From Bacteroidales bacterium (GTDB taxonomy: Bacteria; Bacteroidota; Bacteroidia; Bacteroidales; VadinHA17): a stretch of 64,000 nt of DNA. The notes under the pieces were generated by a model. It was not told the DNA's origin and did no database searches. It saw nothing but the letters and a program-made list of their open reading frames with translations. This document shows, in pieces, positions 29,110 through 36,700 of this stretch. The translations under genes and the position numbers were made by a program. The first letter of the stretch is position 1. Every line of letters starts with the position of its first letter. The stretch is taken from positions 7,831 to 71,830 of the forward strand of contig JANTGF010000002.1 of NCBI GenBank assembly GCA_024763075.1. The letters run 5' to 3'.

Positions 29110-32067
29110 TTATTGTTTTTTATTGAGATTCCATCGCAAGCCAATGTCAATGGTCATACCATATTGTTCAGTATGTGTGGGATAATCCTTTCCCAGGGAA
29201 AATACGGTGTCTTCAGCATTGTTGATGTTATTAAAATTAGTGAAAAGCACCAATCCATAGGGTAATTTCTGTGTAGCCGATATGTCAAATCTGAGGTAGG
29301 ATCCTGTAATGGTTCGCATTTTTATAACATAGGCGGTTCCCCGGAAAACATTATCCTGGTACCTCATGGAAGTACGTATAGAAAATCCTTTATAATCGTA
29401 GCCGAGTGATAAGTTCAGGATATGAGAAGGTTGGTCGATAAGCCTTGATTGATAAGGATGGTCATAAAAAACTGTTGTATCCGGTGTCCATGGATTATTA
29501 TCGTGATCGAAAGACTCGGCATGTCCGGCAGGATAGGTGGCCCTGGACTTAAGAAAGGTGTAGTTTGCTGAGAATACAAGTCCTTTCAGTGCACCGGGAA
29601 GATACCAAAAAGAAGTTTGCCAGTCCAGTTCAATCCCGTCGATCTTTACTCCGAAAGTATCGTTATAATGCCAGTTGTAACTATATCCACTGAAAATTTC
29701 TGGCACATCAAATTCCAGATATCGTTCGCCCACTTTTTTTGTGTAATCCCTAAAGATTTTATTCTCAACCCTCTTACTAAAAAGGTTTATGTTTAACAAA
29801 CCTACATAATTGTTATGAATAGAAGCAACAAGGTCAATATTTTTTGATAATTCCGGTTCAAGGTTTATATTATTAATGACCAGTTTTGGGTCAGAGGTAT
29901 TTTGATCACCGTAATCCTGACGGGGTATGATCCAATTGAAGTTTGGTCTGGAAAGCGTATGAGTATAGGCCAAATGGAACTGCAACCACTTAAGAGGTTT
30001 GATTTTAAGATGGATCATAGGAAGTAAAAATTGATTTTCCCTGGTAGTAGTGACCAATGTGTCGCCAACATACCTGTTGTAATCAGGACCCGATTGTAAT
30101 GAATTTCCCTGGTGGGCAGTGTAAATAGTCCGATTCTGTTCAAGACGCAATCCTGGATTAAACTCAACGATCTCGCCAAAATTAAATGGAGTCATAATAT
30201 AGAAGCCAAGATAATTTTCTGTACCATAGTAATTGTGTGTGAGAGATTGGTACATGTCATGGCGCAGGTAAGGTAGGTTGTGGGGTACCGTATCTCTGAT
30301 TTTGAAATAGTCTTCCATTAAATAATGCTCTAGATGTTTCAGTTTCTCAATATCGGTTCCAGGAGCCCAGTCTTCAAACTTTCCGCCAAAAAAACGGTCT
30401 GAATCATAATTGGGATCTATAAAATATGTATAATTAATATATGCTTCATCTTCGATTTCTCCATCTTCGAATAGCTCTCTGTTGTCTGCAATGTAGTCAC
30501 GTCCCAGTTTTTGACCGGCAGTGACAAGATTTGCATTCCATAGATCATAACTAAACTCTCTTTTTAAATGCCTGTATCTCCCACCGATTTTTAATTTGCC
30601 GCTTACGGACTGGTTTTGAAACAAATTCCATTCCAGGTTCATGTCGGCCTGATATTGTCTGTGTTTTGTTGTCGCAGGTGAATGTGAGAAACCAATTGTC
30701 CTTGTCCGGTTAACATCAAAATTACTATAATTCATGATAGAGTCAGGATCAACGTTATCCGGTACCTGGTCCATCGCATTGTCATGTGAAAAACCGAAAT
30801 TCATGCTTTCAGGGTTATTTGATCCTGAAAATGAATGTGACACTTGTCCGTCAATCTTAACTGCACCAAATTCTTTTTCAAAAGAAAGAACATTATTCAG
30901 AACTTTTTGATTATTAATCATATAATTGGTGTTTAAAGAAATGTACCTGGCCTTTGTAGGAAATGCCTGACTGTATGTCTTTGTTTCTTCAAGTCGCTGT
31001 GAATAGAAATTCTTAAGTTTAATAGAACCATTTCTGAGTGGATAATCAATAACCAGGGTGGCATTGTACCTGTTGGTTCTTCTTAACTGATCGCTAAGTG
31101 ATTCCTGGTATATGGTTATATCGCTTGTATCAATTCCGCTGTTGTACGGATAAACACCTATTTCACGTATATGTGCACTCCTGTTCCTGTTCTCGGCCTG
31201 GCCCATAAGAAAAATTCCCAATTTATTATTAAAGAATCTATTGCTTAAACTGCCCATAAAGATGTAGTCATTAAATGTATTTTTTAGATAATTATAGCTG
31301 CCCTGAGCCATTGCTTCGGCATGAAAACCTTTAGGAGCAGACCTAAGCCTGAAATTTACTGCACCACCGATGAAATCTCCTTCCATATCTGCTGTTGGTG
31401 ACTTAACCACTTCTATACCTTCAAGTGAATAGGCTGAAATACCAGACAGGCTGACACTTCTATCGTTAGCATCTGTTGATGCAAGCTCTACTCCGTCAAC
31501 CATAACCTTCGTGTATTTTGGTGATAGACCACGTACGATCACTTTATTTCCCTCTCCTCCTGTCCTTTGTAATGAAATACCAGGTAACCTGCTTAAAGAT
31601 TCAGCTGCATTGGCATCAGGTAACTCCCTGATACGGTCGGAAGATACTACATTCTTAATGTTACCAGCTGCCAATTGTTGGTTAATGGCTTTATATTGTC
31701 CCTTGGCCTGGGCTGTCACTTTTACTTCCTCAAGATTCTTGCCTCCGCTGAAACTAAGTTGGATATTTTTTTCCACTTGTATGCCTGCAGTAATATTTAT
31801 CTGTTCCTGATAACTTTCATATCCGATATAAGAAGTGACTAGTGTATATTCCCCATTTGGTATTTTGGTTATCAAATAATTTCCTTTTGCGTCGGTAACA
31901 GCACCGATGCTGGTTCCTTTTAAATAAACATTTGCTCCGATTAATGCCTCCTTTGTCGTCTTGTCCGTGACAGACCCTGTTAAAGTAGCATTGGTTTGAG
32001 CCAGAACGGACAATGAATGCAAAGTAATGGAAAAGAAAAAAATCCAGATGGTGAGTAAAGATTTCAT
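29110..32067 (-). CDS. TonB-dependent outer-membrane transporter, paralog of 20359..23316
   Basis: Start moved to MKSLLTIWIFFFSITLHSLSVLAQ (ATG at 32067). The track start at 32142 lies inside the operator. Colinear with the other TBDT: GSVTDKTTKEALIGANVYLKGTSIGAVTDAKGNY; IRELPDANAAESLSRLPGISLQRTGGEGNKVIVRGLSPKYTKVMVDG; ends ...IGLRWNL. Confidence 0.9.
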   Translation of the reverse strand: MKSLLTIWIFFFSITLHSLSVLAQTNATLTGSVTDKTTKEALIGANVYLKGTSIGAVTDAKGNYLITKIPNGEYTLVTSYIGYESYQEQINITAGIQVEKNIQLSFSGGKNLEEVKVTAQAKGQYKAINQQLAAGNIKNVVSSDRIRELPDANAAESLSRLPGISLQRTGGEGNKVIVRGLSPKYTKVMVDGVELASTDANDRSVSLSGISAYSLEGIEVVKSPTADMEGDFIGGAVNFRLRSAPKGFHAEAMAQGSYNYLKNTFNDYIFMGSLSNRFFNNKLGIFLMGQAENRNRSAHIREIGVYPYNSGIDTSDITIYQESLSDQLRRTNRYNATLVIDYPLRNGSIKLKNFYSQRLEETKTYSQAFPTKARYISLNTNYMINNQKVLNNVLSFEKEFGAVKIDGQVSHSFSGSNNPESMNFGFSHDNAMDQVPDNVDPDSIMNYSNFDVNRTRTIGFSHSPATTKHRQYQADMNLEWNLFQNQSVSGKLKIGGRYRHLKREFSYDLWNANLVTAGQKLGRDYIADNRELFEDGEIEDEAYINYTYFIDPNYDSDRFFGGKFEDWAPGTDIEKLKHLEHYLMEDYFKIRDTVPHNLPYLRHDMYQSLTHNYYGTENYLGFYIMTPFNFGEIVEFNPGLRLEQNRTIYTAHQGNSLQSGPDYNRYVGDTLVTTTRENQFLLPMIHLKIKPLKWLQFHLAYTHTLSRPNFNWIIPRQDYGDQNTSDPKLVINNINLEPELSKNIDLVASIHNNYVGLLNINLFSKRVENKIFRDYTKKVGERYLEFDVPEIFSGYSYNWHYNDTFGVKIDGIELDWQTSFWYLPGALKGLVFSANYTFLKSRATYPAGHAESFDHDNNPWTPDTTVFYDHPYQSRLIDQPSHILNLSLGYDYKGFSIRTSMRYQDNVFRGTAYVIKMRTITGSYLRFDISATQKLPYGLVLFTNFNNINNAEDTVFSLGKDYPTHTEQYGMTIDIGLRWNLNKKQ

Positions 32068-32101
32068 TTGATAAAATTTATTTATTTTTTCAATTACTGA
32101 A

Positions 32102-32109
32102 CAAATATA
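32102..32109 (-). promoter_or_regulatory. Bacteroidota-type -7 promoter box (TATATTTG on the minus strand)
   Basis: Exact TAnnTTTG match, 35 nt upstream of the start at 32067 and 18 nt from the operator. Confidence 0.5.
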
Positions 32110-32127
32110 TGATTTTTTTTTGTATAT

Positions 32128-32141
32128 TGTGCACGTGCACA
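32128..32141. promoter_or_regulatory. Putative LacI-family operator, perfect palindrome (extends to 18 bp ATTGTGCACGTGCACAAT, 32126..32143)
   Basis: Perfect palindrome in the divergent region between TBDT start 32067 (-) and LacI-family gene start 32310 (+). Confidence 0.75.
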
Positions 32142-32309
32142 ATATTTTTTATTTTTCTGCATTCTTATTTAGATATGTTATAAATAAATTATACTTTTAC
32201 GTATTTTTTAATTGAAAAAGGTTTAATGATGTGGATGTAAAGAATATTTAGTTATTAGAAACAGCTAATAAAAACTAGAACATTATGAGAATAATCACAA
32301 CCAACTAAA

Positions 32310-33353
32310 ATGAAACAGGAATATACGCTTCAGGATATTGCAGATATGGCCCAAGTCTCAAGAGGTACTGTGGACAGGGTGATACACGGTAGAGGTAAAG
32401 TGTCAAAAGACACCTACAAAAAGATCAGATATGTACTTGATAAAATCAGTTATAAACCAAACATGATTGCCAGGTCCCTGCGAAAGGGGGTATTGTTCAA
32501 GATTGCTGTACTGATGCCGGATTATAATTATGAAATCTATTGGAAACCTGCCGTGAAGGGTGTTGAGGATGCTAAAAATGAGTATTCGATATTTGGCATT
32601 AAGATTGATACATTTTTATTCAATCCGAATAAATTTCAAAGTTTTAGGCAGATGTACATTTCAATTCTGGATAAGAATTATAGTGCTGTGCTCGTTGCTC
32701 CGTTTTTTTTCCGCGAATCACTGGATTTTTTTAAAAAATGTATTGAAATTGGTTTACCTGTTTTTACGTTTAATGCCCAACTGGACAATGAATGTATTGT
32801 GTCTCATGTAGGACAGGATCTGATTAGTAGTGGGCAAACTGTTGCTAGTCTGTTGTACAAGATATTTGGAAAGACAGCTGAGTTTTTAATTGTGCATATT
32901 AAAGAGAATGTTGAAAATTCAAAACATATGCAGGAAAAAGAGCAAGGTTTCAGAAATTTTTGTGTTTCAGTCGGTATGCCAAAAAAATCGGTACATGTTC
33001 AAAATATTAATAATATTAAAGATTTAAATAAACAACTTTTATCCTATTTGAGTGACCATCCGCAAATAAAAGGTATTTGTGTATCAACTTCAAAGGTGTG
33101 GATGGTTGCTGAAACATTGCATAATCATTCAGAGAAACCTCTATTGGTCGGATATGATTTGTTAGAACCGAATGTAAAATATCTCAGATCCGGCCAAATT
33201 GATATTCTGATCTACCAGAATCCATACCAGCAATCATCACTTTCTATTTCAAACATAATTGATTATCTGATGGTTGATAAAAAGGTCCAGAAAAAATATT
33301 TGCTACCCATAGAAATAGTAATTAAGGAGAATCTGGATACTTTTTTAGGTTGA
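32310..33353 (+). CDS. LacI-family transcriptional regulator
   Basis: N-terminal HTH_LacI block YTLQDIADMAQVSRGTVDRVIHGRGKVSKDTYKKIRYVLDKISYKPNMIARSLRKG, followed by a periplasmic-binding-protein-like sugar-binding core of ~280 aa. Confidence 0.9.
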   Translation: MKQEYTLQDIADMAQVSRGTVDRVIHGRGKVSKDTYKKIRYVLDKISYKPNMIARSLRKGVLFKIAVLMPDYNYEIYWKPAVKGVEDAKNEYSIFGIKIDTFLFNPNKFQSFRQMYISILDKNYSAVLVAPFFFRESLDFFKKCIEIGLPVFTFNAQLDNECIVSHVGQDLISSGQTVASLLYKIFGKTAEFLIVHIKENVENSKHMQEKEQGFRNFCVSVGMPKKSVHVQNINNIKDLNKQLLSYLSDHPQIKGICVSTSKVWMVAETLHNHSEKPLLVGYDLLEPNVKYLRSGQIDILIYQNPYQQSSLSISNIIDYLMVDKKVQKKYLLPIEIVIKENLDTFLG

Positions 33354-33605
33354 TGGAGGCATATTTGGCAGGTGGTTAATTTATATCCTCAGGTATTTCC
33401 AGGTCAGGATTATTGCTTTTTATCTGATTTTCTTCATTTTTAGGCCTTTTATTATTGGGTTAAGAAAAACTTTTGTGATAAATTGATCTCAGATGGGTTT
33501 TTTATGGGCTATTTTCCCTTATATATATAATGGTGTAATCTTCACACTATTCATGCTTTTTTATAGAAATTGGATGTAGGTATTTTTATTTTAATTAAGA
33601 AAAAT

Positions 33606-33619
33606 CGTGCTCGTGAACA
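33606..33619. promoter_or_regulatory. Putative distal operator of a tandem pair (CGTGCTCGTGAACA)
   Basis: Related to the 20276 site (..T.CTCGTGAACA). An 8-nt A/T spacer separates it from the proximal site. Confidence 0.55.
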
Positions 33620-33627
33620 ATTTTTAA

Positions 33628-33641
33628 TGTGCTCGTGCACG
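33628..33641. promoter_or_regulatory. Putative LacI-family operator (TGTGCTCGTGCACG)
   Basis: 12 of 14 positions match the palindrome. It ends 18 nt upstream of the TATATTTG box. Confidence 0.65.
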
Positions 33642-33659
33642 TTTTTAAAATATTTTTCA

Positions 33660-33667
33660 TATATTTG
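33660..33667 (+). promoter_or_regulatory. Bacteroidota-type -7 promoter box (TATATTTG)
   Basis: Exact TAnnTTTG match, 88 nt upstream of the ATG at 33755. Confidence 0.5.
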
Positions 33668-33754
33668 AAAATTGAAATGTATTGACAAGGAGTTCTTCGG
33701 TTTTGTCTTTGCCAATAACATGTTGTAACTATTTTTAACTTAACACAAAAGCCT

Positions 33755-36700
33755 ATGAAAACAAAAAATTTCTACACAAGGACAATCCTTGTAATGATTG
33801 GATTCCTGGTAGGGTTCAGTCAAACTGCCAGCCCCCAGGGAGCTCATTTAAAAGCTCATTGGAAGCTGGATGAAACTTCTGGCATTGTTGCTGAAGATGC
33901 AACCATGAACGGTTTTGATGTCTCGTTGAACAATACAACAGATACAAACTGGGTTGCAGGATACAACGGTGGGAGTTTACTGCTAAATGGTGCTAACCAG
34001 GACGGATCAATTGCAGCACCAGCATCAGACGCCTTTAAAATGCAATCCTTCTCTGTTGCAGCCTGGGTTAGGAATAATGCTCCTATGGATAAGTGGGGTG
34101 AATGGATCATTAGTCACGGGGACAACTGGGGATTGTATGTGAAACAAGATTTAGGTACACAATTCTACATCCATCATTCAACCGGCTGGGCAGGAACCGT
34201 GGGGATGGACTCAACCGTTTGGCAGGACAATGCATGGCACCATGTGGCTGCAACCTATGATGCAGAAACGGGCATGGCACAGGTTTATCGCGATGGAATG
34301 CTTGTAGGTGAAGACAGTATCGGGGTTATTGATTACTCAATGGGAGATGGTATTACCATTGGATCTATGGCCGGAGGCCGTAATTGGGATGGTAACCTGG
34401 ATGATGTTCGGGTATATGACGGAGTTTTATCTTCAACAGAGGTGCAAGGCATCGTATCAGAGTCTTCTCTGGTTGCATATTATAAACTTGATGAAAGCTC
34501 AGGTACCGTAGCTTCAGATGCCAGCAGTAACGGTTTTGATGTACTATTGAACAATACAACAGATACAAACTGGGTTGCAGGATACAAAGGCGGTAGTTTG
34601 CTGCTGAACGGTGCTAATCAAGACGGATCAATTGCAGCACCAGCATCAGATGTCTTTAAAATGCAATCCTTCTCTGTTTCAGCCTGGGTTAGGAATAATG
34701 CTCCTATGGATAAGTGGGGTGAATGGATCATTGGCCACGGGGACAATTGGGGATTGTATGTGCACGAGAATTTAGGAATACAATTCTACATCCATCATTC
34801 AACCGGCTGGGCAGGAACCGTAGGTATGGACTCAACCGTATGGCAGGACAATGCATGGCATCATGTGGCTGCATCCTATGATGCGGAAACAGGCATGGCA
34901 CAGGTATATCGAGATGGAATGCTTGTAGGTGAGGACAGTATCGGGGTTATTGATTATTCAATGGGAGATGGTTTTACAATCGGTTCTATGAGTGGTGGAC
35001 GTAACTGGGATGGAAATATTGATGAGGTGCGTATTTTTAAAAATGTGATCACACCTGCTGATGTGAAAAACATTATTGCAGAAAGTGGCTTGTTAGCCCA
35101 TTGGAAACTTGATGAAACCTCTGGCAATGTAGCATCCGATGTCAGTGATAACGGTTTTGATGTAACATTGAACAATACTACAGATACAAACTGGGTTGCC
35201 GGATACAAAGGCGGTAGTTTGTTGCTGAACGGCGTTGATCAGGACGGATCAATTGCAGCACCAGCATCAGATGCCTTTAAAATGCAATCCTTTTCTGTTG
35301 CAGCCTGGGTTAGGAATAATGCTCCTATGGATAAGTGGGGTGAATGGATCATTAGTCACGGGGACAACTGGGGATTGTATGTAAAACAAGATTTAGGTAC
35401 ACAATTTTACATCCATCATTCAACCGGCTGGGCAGGAACCGTGGGGATGGACTCCACTGTTTGGCAGGACAATTCATGGCACCATGTGGCTGCAACCTAT
35501 GATGCAGAAACGGGCATGGCACAGGTTTATCGTGATGGAATGCTTGTAGGTGAGGACAGTATCGGAGTTATTGATTACTCAATGGGAGATGGTATTACCG
35601 TTGGATCCATGGCTGGGGGTCGCAATTGGGATGGTAATCTGGATGATATCAGGGTTTACAATCTTGTGCTTGATCAGGATCAAATCAGAAACCTTGCCGG
35701 CTTTGAACCAATTGAGGAGAAGAAGCTTATAGTTTATTGGCCCTTCCAACAGACATCTGATACAATAGCTTATGATGAATCAGAAAACATTTATGATCTT
35801 CCGCTTGTCAATACAGATGATTCAAACTGGGAGATTGATTTTACCATTGGCAAGAGTTTAAAGCTTGACGGTGTTGAGGAATACGGAGTGTTGGATTCAA
35901 TCACATCTCTCAATTTTCATCAACCCACTTTTTCTATTGTCAATTATATCAAAATGGCTCCCGGATCGATCACTGACTGGTCCAGGATAGCAGGATTTGG
36001 AGATGCCTATGGTTTTAATGTGAACGAGGAAGGTAAACTGGGATTATGGTGCAACTTTGGAAGTGGCTGGCATGGCTCCTATGCCGATATGCCCACACTG
36101 GCTGATGGAAAATGGCACCAGGTTGCTATGACCCATGATGATGAGACTGGGAATATATTTTACCTTGATGGAGAAGTTGTACTTATCCAGGATTGGAGTG
36201 ATACAGATGGGAACCAGATCGAGTATCCGGGTAATTCATTATTTGTGGTCGGGGCTGTGGATAACGGTTATGCATTTAATAATCCACTTCCAGCCAACCT
36301 GAATGATATGATGATCTTCTCAGGTGTGCTCAGCCAAACTGAAATCCAGGATATGATGAAGAAACTTGGAGGTGCTACCCTTGTTGCTCATTATACAATG
36401 GATGGTGCTGCCGGAGACTCTGTTATTGTTGATGATTCAGGTAATGGCTTTGATGTACCTTTAGTTAATGGCACTGATTCTTCATGGGAACCTGGGGTTG
36501 TCGACGGAAGCCTTGCTTTGAATGGTACTGACCAATATGGGTTATTAGCAGCTCCTGCTTCAGCACCTTTCGCACTTCAGTCATTCACTATCTCAGCATA
36601 TGTTAAACTTGATGAAAATGCGCCCGGTTGGTCATGGGTAGCCGGTTATGGTGATAACTACGGCCTTGTTTTAAACCGCGACGGGAAAGGTAGCCTTATG

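Noticed and set aside
34759-34772. Operator-like half-site TGTGCACG inside the LamG-array CDS
   Set aside because: Only the left half matches; the right half is AGAATT. It is intragenic, codes for YVHEN, and is probably fortuitous.
33854-35716. Regularly spaced repeats as a CRISPR or other non-coding array
   Set aside because: The 621-bp units are in frame within one long ORF and encode LamG domains. There are no short spacers and no cas genes.
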